Assembly: GCA_946407735.1 (NCBI GenBank)
Contig: CAMJPL010000010.1
Location: forward strand, 5,298-69,297
DNA from: an uncultured Clostridia bacterium
GTDB lineage: Bacteria > Bacillota > Clostridia > Oscillospirales > CAG-272
Direction: 5' to 3'
Length of the DNA stretch: 64,000 nt
The notes under the pieces are model-generated. The model was not told the origin of the DNA, made no database searches, and saw only the letters and a program-made list of their open reading frames with translations. How positions within the stretch are numbered: position 1 is the first letter of the stretch; every line of letters begins with the position of its first letter. The translations under genes were made by a program, and so were the position numbers. Positions 8,662 through 17,676 of the stretch are shown piece after piece.

Positions 8662-10443
8662 TTACCTGAGCTCGAACGAGAATATATGCGCCTTCCCGTC
8701 AGCGCTGCCGTCCCAGAGAGAGACCGGGACAAGCGAGGCGGATCTTATCTTTCTTCCGATCCCGATATCGGCAAAGCGCTTTATATTGTCCTTGAAATCA
8801 AGAACGGTAATATCGCCGCTGTCCTCCTCGATCTCGAGCCTGAAGTCCTTAACCAGAGTCAGGGGCATATGCATGACGGGGGAATCCGGCTTTACATTCG
8901 CTCTCATGGTATGCGTTCTCTCGCAGTCATCGCCGGGGAGTGTTAGTCTGTCAAGGTCTGAATCAAATATTATCCTCACGCTTTCGACATATTCAGCTTC
9001 ATTCAGCCTGTATTTCACAAAGCTGCCGAGTTTAATAAACGCTCCCTGCTCGCCTTCGCCGTATGTGTGATTGTTTCTGTCGATCCCGTTTCTGAGGTTG
9101 GAAAGATCATCCGACTGCTCCTCTGCGAGGAGCTCGGCGCCGAGCGTTATATCCGATACCCTGTATTTTATATACGGGAGGAAGCAGTCGTCATACATCA
9201 GCGTCTGCTGGATCTCGTCTATATGCTCTTCCCTCGCCTGTCTCGGCGTACAGCCGTATTTGCCGGCGATATACGCCGCCGTGCCGACGGCCTGACCGAG
9301 CAGAGCGCATGTCGCCATTACACGGGAAGAGCTCATTGCCGCGTGCGTCATGCTGATGTTGCGCCCGGCAAACCACAGATTTGAGATATTCTTTGAAGAC
9401 AGCACCGAAAGCGGGATGCAGTACGGCTTCGGCGTATATCCGTTTTTGTTCGGATGACCGATATGCCAGAATCCGCCGGGATCGTGATCGTCGAGCGGCC
9501 ATCCGCCGTAGGCCACGGTATCGTTGAAATGGATATCAGACGATATCGCCGTCTGAGGCATGATATAGTCTCCGACCATGCGTCTCGACTCGCGCTTGCC
9601 GGGAAGAAATCCGATGAAATCAAGCTGCCACAGATCGGCGTCGAACTCGCCGCTGTTCTTTATATAGTCCCACATGCCGTAAGCGAGCGCGATCAGCTCA
9701 TCTCTGAGCGTTTCGGCGTCGCCTATCGTGTCGCGGTCGCCTCCGAGCTCAAGATACCAGTAATTCTCAGCGCTGTTTTCGATATTCGGCCTGCGGTTGG
9801 CGACATCTTCCTTCGTCAGCTTTTTCGCGAATGAGGGAGCTATGAATCTGACCGGCGTATCCAGCTTTCTCGCCTGAATAAGACAGCTGTTGCCCATGGT
9901 CTTGCAATCCGCTTCATCTTCCGAGATCTGCTCATTGAACTCATATTTCGACTCGCGCCCCATGCGGTACTCGGCGCCGGTGAGCGGAGCGAGTATGCTG
10001 TCTCCCGAGCAGTCTGAGAACTGCGGGGCATAGACCTTCTGCCAGGTCTGGGTCGTCATCTGCCAGCCGGTAACGCTCGATATCCTGCTGCCATCCATCT
10101 CGGCGGCGCAGCATGAGGTGTTCAGAAGCAGAGTTATATTCGGCTCGGAAACGACAAGATCATAGAGGATCCCGTCCCAGACAGGATACAGTTTATACGG
10201 ATTCTGATAAAGCGACCTCAGCTGCAGCTCTTCAAGAATTCCTGTTTCCCTATTGTTCTTGCCGCCGCATCCGCATATCCACATCCTGATCTCGGATGAA
10301 GCGTTTCCTCCCAGCATCGGACGCTCCTGCATCAGGGCGACTATCAGCCCGTGCCTCGCCGCCGAAACAGCGGCGCATATCCCGGCGATGCCGCCGCCGA
10401 CAACGCAGAAATCCACGTTATGTGTTACAGTTATGAGCCCCAT
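8662..10443 (-). CDS. FAD-dependent oxidoreductase
   Basis: DFCVVGGGIAGICAA dinucleotide-binding motif at the N-terminus. Start placed at the ATG at 10443, preceded by GAGGT; the listed ORF start at 10494 has no ribosome-binding site. Confidence 0.75.
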   Translation of the reverse strand: MGLITVTHNVDFCVVGGGIAGICAAVSAARHGLIVALMQERPMLGGNASSEIRMWICGCGGKNNRETGILEELQLRSLYQNPYKLYPVWDGILYDLVVSEPNITLLLNTSCCAAEMDGSRISSVTGWQMTTQTWQKVYAPQFSDCSGDSILAPLTGAEYRMGRESKYEFNEQISEDEADCKTMGNSCLIQARKLDTPVRFIAPSFAKKLTKEDVANRRPNIENSAENYWYLELGGDRDTIGDAETLRDELIALAYGMWDYIKNSGEFDADLWQLDFIGFLPGKRESRRMVGDYIMPQTAISSDIHFNDTVAYGGWPLDDHDPGGFWHIGHPNKNGYTPKPYCIPLSVLSSKNISNLWFAGRNISMTHAAMSSSRVMATCALLGQAVGTAAYIAGKYGCTPRQAREEHIDEIQQTLMYDDCFLPYIKYRVSDITLGAELLAEEQSDDLSNLRNGIDRNNHTYGEGEQGAFIKLGSFVKYRLNEAEYVESVRIIFDSDLDRLTLPGDDCERTHTMRANVKPDSPVMHMPLTLVKDFRLEIEEDSGDITVLDFKDNIKRFADIGIGRKIRSASLVPVSLWDGSADGKAHIFSFELR

Positions 10444-10503
10444 CTCTGACCTCGCTTGATTCATACCGCAAAATGATCGGTGATCCGATATCATATCTAT
10501 AAT

Positions 10504-10532
10504 ATTGTATCACTGTTTCCGCCTTTTGTCAA
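10504..10532 (-). promoter_or_regulatory. Sigma-A promoter for the FAD oxidoreductase gene
   Basis: Minus strand TTGACA, 17-nt spacer, TACAAT. Confidence 0.55.
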
Positions 10533-10582
10533 ACATTTTTTGTAATTGCAGATAAATTATATCAAATGACCCGTAAAATAAA

Positions 10583-10608
10583 AACGCCTTTCACGAATGA
10601 AAGGCGTT
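10583..10608 (-). terminator. Rho-independent terminator ending the ABC/DUF1854/ABC operon
   Basis: aacgcctttc / gaaaggcgtt 10-bp stem with a 6-nt loop, followed on the minus strand by TTTTTATTTT. Confidence 0.75.
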
Positions 10609-10613
10609 CATTA

Positions 10614-12845
10614 TTACGCTGTTTTATTTGCTGGTGTATTCGACATCTTGGACATCTGGCGCTGAGCCATAACAAGGCCGTAGTATATCCCCTTCTTCCT
10701 CATCAGCTCGTCATGAGTGCCGGTCTCGGCGATTGTGCCTTTGTCGAGCACGATCAGCCTTGTGGCGTTCCTCAGAGTTGACAGGCGATGAGCTATCGCG
10801 AGAGTCGTGCGGTCTTTAGACAGCTTCTGCAGCGCGTCCTGGATCTGTTTTTCGGTTTCTGTATCAAGCGACGCCGTGGCCTCGTCAAGGATCAGTATCC
10901 TCGGATCGTGGAGCAGAGCACGCGCTATCGCGATTCGCTGACGCTCACCGCCGGACATGGTATAGCCATGTTCGCCGACTCTGGTGCTGTAAGCCTCGGG
11001 CAGCTTCATGATGAACTGATGCGCGCCGGCGATCTTCGACGCCGTGATTATCTCATCGCGGGTGGCGTCCGGCTTCGCGTAGGCGATATTGTCGTATATA
11101 GATCCGGAGAACAGGAAGGTTTCCTGAAGAACCACGCCTATCTGCGTGCGGAGCGAATTCTGAGATATATCGCGGATATCTGTGCCGTCGATCTTTATAG
11201 CTCCCTCGTTAACATCGTACAGACGCATGACGAGGTTGATGAGGGTCGATTTGCCGACTCCCGATTTACCGACGATACCGATGAATTCTCCCTGCCTGAT
11301 CTCAAGGTTTATGTTTTTCAGAACATCGGCGGTCTCATCATACCCGAAGCTGACGTTCTCAAACGAGATATCGCCGTTGATCGTTATCTCCTTTGCGTCA
11401 GCGCGGTCTTCGACATCGACCTTGTCGTCTATAAGATCGAATATCTTGACGACCGACGTAAGAGTTCTGACGATGCGCCTCGGGAAGCTGGCGATCCAGC
11501 GCAGGGGACCGTAGATTATACTTACGTAAGCGCTGAACTGCGACATCTCGCCGAGCGTCATCTCGCCGCCGAGGATCTTGTTTCCGACATAGTACAGAAG
11601 GAAGAACTCTCCGGCGCCCATAATGAAGCTGAGTATCGGATCGACTATCGCGAAGAAATGCTCGTTCCTGATCTGGGTATTGCGAAGATCCTTCGTGATG
11701 CGGTCGAAACGCTCGACCTCCCGCTTCTCCATTCCGAAGGCTTTGACTACTCTTATGCCCGAGAATATGTCATGAAGCACAGACGATACCTTCGAGTCAT
11801 ATACCCACTGACGGTGCCACATACCGCGCATATAGCGCCAGAAGGTCCTGTAGCTGAACGCGACGATCGGCATGGGGATGATTATCATAAGGGCGAGACG
11901 CCAGTCGTAGACGAACAGATATATACCGACAGCGAGAAGTATCAGCACCTCCTGCAGCATATCGGCGAGATCTCTCGTGATGAACTCGTTCAGCTGACGG
12001 GTATCGCCGGTCACGCGGTTCATCAGCTCACCGGATGTACGCCTGTTTATGTTCGAGAGCGAAAGAGCCTGGATCTTCTCAAACACCATCGACCTGAGCC
12101 TGATGATGACCTTGTTGCCGACGCTTATCTGCGTAAGATTCCGCCATACCGTTATCAGACGGCTCAGCAGATGCACGCCGATCATCGCTCCGATCACGGA
12201 AAGGAAGCCGACAAGCACATCGTTTTTAGGCGTGATATAATCATCGACCAGAATACGGTTGATGTACGGCGGGAGCATGTTGATCAGCGTGACGACAAAG
12301 AACAGCGCTGTCGAGAGGAATATATACCATTTATACGGCGAGGCTATATCCCACAGGCGCTTCAGGTATTTTCCCTTCGATACGCAGTGCTCGCAGACAG
12401 TCATGCCCGGGCGGATAGGACGTCCGCATTTGGGGCAGAATCTCAGGAGAGTCTCTTCATAGTCGTAGCTGTAGACTTTTTTATCTTTGTATCTGTTGAT
12501 CCGCTTAACCACAGCGGCGTACAGCTTTGAATAGCTGTTGTCGGCGCGGCAGAGCATCCTGTCCTCGCCCTTCAGCTTATATTCGATCATGACGCAGCCG
12601 ACGCCGGAGCTGATGGCGAAATCGGAGCAGTCGGAGAGAGGATGGCTTTCCTTAAGCTCCCCGCCGCAGTACATCCTGATCTCGGGCTCCGCCTCCCCCA
12701 TGGCGATCAAGACGCAGACACCGTCGACTCTCGTATCGGCGCTGTCGGTGTTCAGATCGTACTCAAAAGCGACGACTATATCAGAGGTTTTAAGCGACGG
12801 ATCGTAATGACAGACCAGATCATTAAGGCGATCTCTTTTTCTCAT
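10614..12845 (-). CDS. ABC exporter (fused permease/ATPase) with a ~160-aa N-terminal cytoplasmic module containing a zinc ribbon
   Basis: AAGGAGAGG ribosome-binding site. CPKCGRPIRPGMTVCEHC lies before the first transmembrane segment, followed by a six-TM exporter domain. Walker A GKSGVGKST, signature MSGGERQR, Walker [10 protein letters not shown]. Confidence 0.9.
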   Translation of the reverse strand: MRKRDRLNDLVCHYDPSLKTSDIVVAFEYDLNTDSADTRVDGVCVLIAMGEAEPEIRMYCGGELKESHPLSDCSDFAISSGVGCVMIEYKLKGEDRMLCRADNSYSKLYAAVVKRINRYKDKKVYSYDYEETLLRFCPKCGRPIRPGMTVCEHCVSKGKYLKRLWDIASPYKWYIFLSTALFFVVTLINMLPPYINRILVDDYITPKNDVLVGFLSVIGAMIGVHLLSRLITVWRNLTQISVGNKVIIRLRSMVFEKIQALSLSNINRRTSGELMNRVTGDTRQLNEFITRDLADMLQEVLILLAVGIYLFVYDWRLALMIIIPMPIVAFSYRTFWRYMRGMWHRQWVYDSKVSSVLHDIFSGIRVVKAFGMEKREVERFDRITKDLRNTQIRNEHFFAIVDPILSFIMGAGEFFLLYYVGNKILGGEMTLGEMSQFSAYVSIIYGPLRWIASFPRRIVRTLTSVVKIFDLIDDKVDVEDRADAKEITINGDISFENVSFGYDETADVLKNINLEIRQGEFIGIVGKSGVGKSTLINLVMRLYDVNEGAIKIDGTDIRDISQNSLRTQIGVVLQETFLFSGSIYDNIAYAKPDATRDEIITASKIAGAHQFIMKLPEAYSTRVGEHGYTMSGGERQRIAIARALLHDPRILILDEATASLDTETEKQIQDALQKLSKDRTTLAIAHRLSTLRNATRLIVLDKGTIAETGTHDELMRKKGIYYGLVMAQRQMSKMSNTPANKTA

Positions 12846-12857
12846 AACCGCCTCTCC

Positions 12858-13433
12858 TTACAGATACAGCTCGATCTTTTTATAGCTCTTGAAATCGAGC
12901 TTGTTAAGATCAGGTATCTCGTACCGGTTTCCGTCCATGTCTATTATGAAGATCCTGTCCTTTCCGGCTTTAAGAAGGCTGCGGTAGGTGTCCTGCAGAG
13001 TGAAGCTCATGCGCCCGGAGGAAGTATCGACCACCCAGTATGAAAAGCCGTATCTTTCCTTCACGCTGTATATCTTCGTAACGACGGGCGCGTAATACTT
13101 GCGCTCAAGCTCCTCCGTGAGCAGCTTCTGCGTCTCAGGATCGAATTCGTGTATGTCGCGGATAAGCCCGATCTCTTTTTTATCCTTGTCAAGAACAGAT
13201 ATGTATTTGTCGGCCATATCGAACGGGAAAGCGCGGTGGAGGTATATTCTCGGCCAGCTTTTTTCTTCGGGCTCGCCGTTCTCATTCGGCACAGTCGCTT
13301 TAAGAGTCAGAAATTCATTGACCTTGCTGAATCTGCTGTTCTCGGTCGTAAGATAGATTATATTTATAACCGCATCGAGTCTGGTTTTGTCCTCCTGACC
13401 GACGGGTAAGGAAACCTGCGTTTTTTCTTCCAT
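12858..13433 (-). CDS. DUF1854-like protein (family assigned from memory)
   Basis: 191 aa, soluble, GGAGG ribosome-binding site, sandwiched 12-15 nt from the two ABC genes. The motifs RAFPF ... ISVLD ... GFSYWVVDTSSG ... IIDMDGNRYEIPD match my recollection of DUF1854. Confidence 0.6.
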   Translation of the reverse strand: MEEKTQVSLPVGQEDKTRLDAVINIIYLTTENSRFSKVNEFLTLKATVPNENGEPEEKSWPRIYLHRAFPFDMADKYISVLDKDKKEIGLIRDIHEFDPETQKLLTEELERKYYAPVVTKIYSVKERYGFSYWVVDTSSGRMSFTLQDTYRSLLKAGKDRIFIIDMDGNRYEIPDLNKLDFKSYKKIELYL

Positions 13434-13448
13434 ATTTATCGCCTCCGA

Positions 13449-15920
13449 TCATTCCTCGACACCGATGTTCTTCAGTGCCTCCATCTGGAGCTTATACAGT
13501 TTATAATAGATCCCCTTCTTTTCGATAAGCTCGGCGTGAGTGCCGAATTCCGGCATCTTTCCGTTCTCAACGACGATCAGCTTATCGGCGTTCCGTAGTG
13601 TTGAGAGACGGTGCGCTATGATTATCGTAGTGCGGTCCTTCTCAAGCAGCTCCAGAGCCGTCTGGATACGCCGCTCGGTCTCGGTGTCCATGGCGGCGGT
13701 AGCCTCGTCGAGGATAAGTATCTTCGGGTTCCTGAGTATCGCGCGGGCGATTGAGACACGCTGGCGCTCGCCGCCCGAGAGATCCTTATATCCGAATCCG
13801 ACCATAGTGGAGTAGGCGTCAGGGAGCTTGATTATGAAATCATGAGCTCCGGAGATCTTGGCGGCCTCGATCACCTCGTCATAGGTGGCGTCGGGTTTCG
13901 CGTACCTTATATTCTCAAGTATGGTTCCGGCGAACAGGTACGTTTCCTGCGAGACGATGGAAATGTTGCGGCGAAGGTCCTCCATCGAGATATCCTTGAC
14001 ATTCACATCGTCGATATAGATCCCGCCCTCCTTTACGTCATAAAGCCTGATCAGGAGATTGGCGAGCGTGCTTTTTCCGGCTCCCGAATGTCCGACTATG
14101 CCTATCACCCGGCCGGGATCGATCTCAAAGCTGATGCCGTCGATGACCTTGCGGTTCTTCTCGTATGAGAACGCTATATCCTTGAACTCGACCTTGCCTT
14201 CGACTCTGTCGAACCTTACCGGATTCTCGGCCTCGGCAACCTCCGGCTCGGCATCCATGACCTCCATAAGACGGTGCATGGCGTTCATGGCGTCTGAAAG
14301 CCAGTACGACATATCGACGAAGAAATACATCGGGTTGTATATCATATTCATATACGCCGTGAAGGTGAGCAGGGTCCCGTATGTCATTTTGCCCTTAATG
14401 ACAAGCCAGCCTCCGACGCCTATGACCACGATGTTGCCGATATACATGAGAAGATCCACACCGGTGAAACGGGTTGTCTCGTATCTGGCGAGCTCCTTAT
14501 CCGCGGCGGCGTGTCTTTTTGACCTTACGTCGAACCGCTCTATCTCCTCCTTCTCCTTTGAGAAGGCCTTAACGACTCTGACTCCGCTGAGAGCGTCGCT
14601 AAGAACCGAGTTCATGCTGCGGTAGTATGAATACCGCTTCGCGTGCATCTTACCCAGACGCTCGAACAGCAGTCTTATGCAGACGACCACTATCGGAATC
14701 GTCACTATCGAAAGCAGGGTGAGGAGCGGGTTCATCACCAGCATGATGATAAGGAGGACGATTATCTGGACGATGTTGATTATGAAATACGGGAAGCCGT
14801 CGACAAAGAAACTGTATATCGTATTGGCGTCGTTGTTTACCTGCGTCATGAGACCGCCGGTCTGTCTGTTCGTGAAGAAAGACAGAGACAGTCTCTCGAT
14901 AGAGCCGAATATCACCTTTTTCAGGTCATACACTATATTCGCGGCAACCGACGCCGTACACAGACCGCTTATGATGTTGACGACAACGCCGCACAGCCTC
15001 GTCGCGATTATGATGCCGAGCACGAGCAGTATCTGCCCGTAAAACTCGCCTGCCTTGTCAAGCACCTGATCATAATAGAAACCGGAGCTGATATACGGCG
15101 AGAGGACACCCAGCGCGGTGGAAAGCACGAGCGTCAGGCCTATCAGGACCATATACAGCTTGTACTTTACGAAGAACGAGGCGGTGCGCCTGATGATCCT
15201 GCTCTTGTCCATACAGTGAGGACAGATCTTTCTCGCGGCATCGGCGTATCTGAGGCCGCATTTCGGGCAGAACAGCTCCTCGGCGTTGTCGTTCGGGTCT
15301 TCCTCGATCTTCCCCGTATTCAGATACTGATTGAGATACTTAACGAACAGATGAAGATTGTTCTTGTACGTGCCTGTAAGATATGTTATCAGCACCGGCT
15401 CGCCGTGGATCAGGATGTCTTCCTTCTTTTTTCCTTCCTCTCCCAGCTTGTGATCATGGCTTTCATGGTGATCATGTCCGCCGTGATCATGATGATCGGA
15501 GTCATCGGAATGCTCTTTTGCCTTTTCTTCTTCTTTTTTTCTGGCTTCATCCCGTTTCTGAGCCCGGTACTCGGCCATTTCACTCTCCGGAGCTTTTGTT
15601 GCCGTCATCAGGGCTATCGAGATCTGCTCATCTATCGAAAAATCGCATAATGTGGAAAGGGGATGATAATCATATGATATCTCTCCGAATTCCACCTTAA
15701 TCTTCTTCGGATCGGTGATCTTCCTTCCGTCGTCTGGTCTGAGGATCTTTGAGCCGCCGACGCAGATAAGATCGGTATCGGTGACGATAAGCCAGTTGTC
15801 GCAGTGTACACCGTCCGAATTCATATCCGACATCGCGCACAATACGATATCTTTCTCGGCTATTCCCTTTTCGTCGAGCCTGATAAGAAGTTCAGACGGT
15901 ATTTTATCTATCGCGGTCAA
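13449..15920 (-). CDS. ABC exporter (fused permease/ATPase) with a ~240-aa N-terminal module carrying a His-rich tract and a zinc ribbon
   Basis: TTG start 7 nt after [29 protein letters not shown] tract, then [19 protein letters not shown] before TM1. Walker [10 protein letters not shown], signature LSGGERQR, Walker [10 protein letters not shown]. Confidence 0.9.
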   Translation of the reverse strand: MTAIDKIPSELLIRLDEKGIAEKDIVLCAMSDMNSDGVHCDNWLIVTDTDLICVGGSKILRPDDGRKITDPKKIKVEFGEISYDYHPLSTLCDFSIDEQISIALMTATKAPESEMAEYRAQKRDEARKKEEEKAKEHSDDSDHHDHGGHDHHESHDHKLGEEGKKKEDILIHGEPVLITYLTGTYKNNLHLFVKYLNQYLNTGKIEEDPNDNAEELFCPKCGLRYADAARKICPHCMDKSRIIRRTASFFVKYKLYMVLIGLTLVLSTALGVLSPYISSGFYYDQVLDKAGEFYGQILLVLGIIIATRLCGVVVNIISGLCTASVAANIVYDLKKVIFGSIERLSLSFFTNRQTGGLMTQVNNDANTIYSFFVDGFPYFIINIVQIIVLLIIMLVMNPLLTLLSIVTIPIVVVCIRLLFERLGKMHAKRYSYYRSMNSVLSDALSGVRVVKAFSKEKEEIERFDVRSKRHAAADKELARYETTRFTGVDLLMYIGNIVVIGVGGWLVIKGKMTYGTLLTFTAYMNMIYNPMYFFVDMSYWLSDAMNAMHRLMEVMDAEPEVAEAENPVRFDRVEGKVEFKDIAFSYEKNRKVIDGISFEIDPGRVIGIVGHSGAGKSTLANLLIRLYDVKEGGIYIDDVNVKDISMEDLRRNISIVSQETYLFAGTILENIRYAKPDATYDEVIEAAKISGAHDFIIKLPDAYSTMVGFGYKDLSGGERQRVSIARAILRNPKILILDEATAAMDTETERRIQTALELLEKDRTTIIIAHRLSTLRNADKLIVVENGKMPEFGTHAELIEKKGIYYKLYKLQMEALKNIGVEE

Positions 15921-16051
15921 ATATATATCACCTCCGAAGGAGTTTTTTGCCTTTCAGATACAGATTTGTACATACTGTATGTTAATTGTGTAAATTGTTG
16001 CGGACGCAACGGTGCTATAAAATAACACACCTGAAATAATCAAGTGTGATA

Positions 16052-16080
16052 AGTATACCATAGAAATAAAATTTTGTCAA
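16052..16080 (-). promoter_or_regulatory. Sigma-A promoter of the ABC/DUF1854/ABC operon
   Basis: Minus strand TTGACA, 17-nt spacer, TATACT, about 130 nt upstream of the TTG start. Confidence 0.65.
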
Positions 16081-16145
16081 GGGTTTATTACAAAAATACC
16101 TGATATCACCTGAAATAATTTGACAAAATACCGCTGACAGCTTAT

Positions 16146-16592
16146 CTACGCTTTCCTTACGCACACGCAGAACCGGCAGGTGCTTTTTGAGCCTTCCTCA
16201 CGATACGGGCATTTATAGATTTTTCTGCCGTTTTCTTCGACGACTTTGATCTGAGTCCTGTCCATCGGATGCATCGGCACTTTCTTAATAAATGAAAGAA
16301 ATGCGCATGAAAGAAAGATCCATTTCCAAGCCTCCGGTTTATCGGAGAGATACTGAGAGAGATATTCATCAAGAGTCCGCTTCAGATCGTCGACGGCATC
16401 TTTGTCGACTTCGATATCATCGGAAATCTCATAATCCAGCATTTCGAGCATGACACCGCGGTTGAAATCGCTTATTATAAGCCCCTCACCGCTTTCAAGA
16501 CACGACTCTTCATCCTTCGATATCTGATTTCTGAGATAATTCAACAGATCTTTCGAATTGTAGTTCATATCCTTATATCCCTGCCGCTTCAT
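16146..16592 (-). CDS. Small acidic protein with a Cys-rich C-terminus, unknown function
   Basis: 148-aa ORF overlapping the end of the upstream dehydrogenase gene by 20 nt. The C-terminus is KCPYREEGSKSTCRFCVCVRKA. An alternative start is Met9 at 16568. Confidence 0.55.
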   Translation of the reverse strand: MKRQGYKDMNYNSKDLLNYLRNQISKDEESCLESGEGLIISDFNRGVMLEMLDYEISDDIEVDKDAVDDLKRTLDEYLSQYLSDKPEAWKWIFLSCAFLSFIKKVPMHPMDRTQIKVVEENGRKIYKCPYREEGSKSTCRFCVCVRKA

Positions 16593-17568
16593 AGATTTTC
16601 CCGATAAGCTCTATATCCGCCCTTCCCTCATATCCGTCCATCAGAGGTTTCCCGCCGTGACGAAGGATATATACGAGCTCGGCGATCTGCCTCGCGTGAA
16701 GCGTCGGGTCGATCTTGCCCGGATACCCGCGGTATACCGGAGCTTCCGCGGCCGATATCGTATAATCCGCCGTTCTCGTCCTTAGTCTGGTTATCCTGTC
16801 CTCGGTAATCTCAAGATACCCGCCGTCGCCGTATATCTCTATACGGCGGCAGAAGCCGGGCCATGAGCACGTCGACGCTTCTATTACCCCGTGAGCGCCG
16901 TTTTCATATCTAAGCAAGGCGCATATCGAGTCCTCGGTCTCTATCGGATGTGTCATGGTGGCGGCCGACGCCGATATGACCTCAGGCTCTCCTGTCAGGA
17001 ATCTTAGCAGACTGACGCCGTGGATTCCCTGATTCATGAGCGCTCCGCCGCCTTCCATCGACTTGCGTCCGCGCCATTCGCTGCCGCTGAAATATTCGGT
17101 TTCCCTCCAGCAACGCATGAAAAGGTTGACGCTGTTTATCTTCCCGAGCTCGCCGCCGGATATTATTCTTTTGGCTTTTTGTATATCATCGGCGTATCTG
17201 GTCTGGGATATTACGCTGACGTGTTTTCCGTTCTTTTCAGCCGCGCAGATCACTGTATCGGCTTCGGTGGAGGTGAGCGACATCGGCTTTTCGAGGATCA
17301 CGTTTTTCCCATGCGTCAACGCCTCGACAGCGTCGGATGAATGGCAGGCGCTCGGAGTACAGACAGCTATCACGTCTGTATCAAGTTCAAAGAACTCGTC
17401 TCTGTCATGACAGGCGTATATCCCGAATTCCCCGACAAATTCCGCTGTCCTTTCCCCCGAGATATCGTAACAGGCGACGAGAACGGCGTCATCCGTCATA
17501 TTGATCGCTTCCGCATGCACCCTTGAAATGCCGCCGCAGCCGAGTATCGCGAATCTGACCTTCTCCAT
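16573..17568 (-). CDS. Gfo/Idh/MocA family NAD(P)-dependent oxidoreductase
   Basis: N-terminal Rossmann motif FAILGCGGISRVH and an EKP motif (ILEKPM). ATG at 17568 lies 6 nt after GGGGGA. Confidence 0.85.
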   Translation of the reverse strand: MEKVRFAILGCGGISRVHAEAINMTDDAVLVACYDISGERTAEFVGEFGIYACHDRDEFFELDTDVIAVCTPSACHSSDAVEALTHGKNVILEKPMSLTSTEADTVICAAEKNGKHVSVISQTRYADDIQKAKRIISGGELGKINSVNLFMRCWRETEYFSGSEWRGRKSMEGGGALMNQGIHGVSLLRFLTGEPEVISASAATMTHPIETEDSICALLRYENGAHGVIEASTCSWPGFCRRIEIYGDGGYLEITEDRITRLRTRTADYTISAAEAPVYRGYPGKIDPTLHARQIAELVYILRHGGKPLMDGYEGRADIELIGKIYEAAGI

Positions 17569-17599
17569 CACTCATCCCCCAAAATCCAAATAAAGATCA

Positions 17600-17635
17600 G
17601 GCAAAGCGCGATTTGGTCCGAAACCGCGCTCTGCC
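17600..17635 (-). terminator. Intra-operon stem-loop, possibly a partial terminator or RNA-stability element
   Basis: ggcaaagcgcg / cgcgctctgcc, with 10 of 11 positions pairing and a 14-nt loop. Followed on the minus strand by the U-rich tgatctttatttggatttt. Confidence 0.35.
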
Positions 17636-17676
17636 GTCCTTCGTCACACTAAACTCAGATCTGCCGCAGCCGGATA

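Noticed and set aside
10788-12530. 580-aa ORF on the + strand.
   Set aside because: It is entirely antisense to the ABC exporter gene, which has Walker/signature motifs and a ribosome-binding site. The product is Arg/Asp/Val-rich with no motifs. This is a typical shadow ORF of GC-rich third positions.
14643-15650. 335-aa ORF on the + strand.
   Set aside because: It is antisense to the 823-aa ABC exporter and has no ribosome-binding site. Its composition is dominated by the mirror image of the real gene, for example His/Asp runs opposite the His tract.
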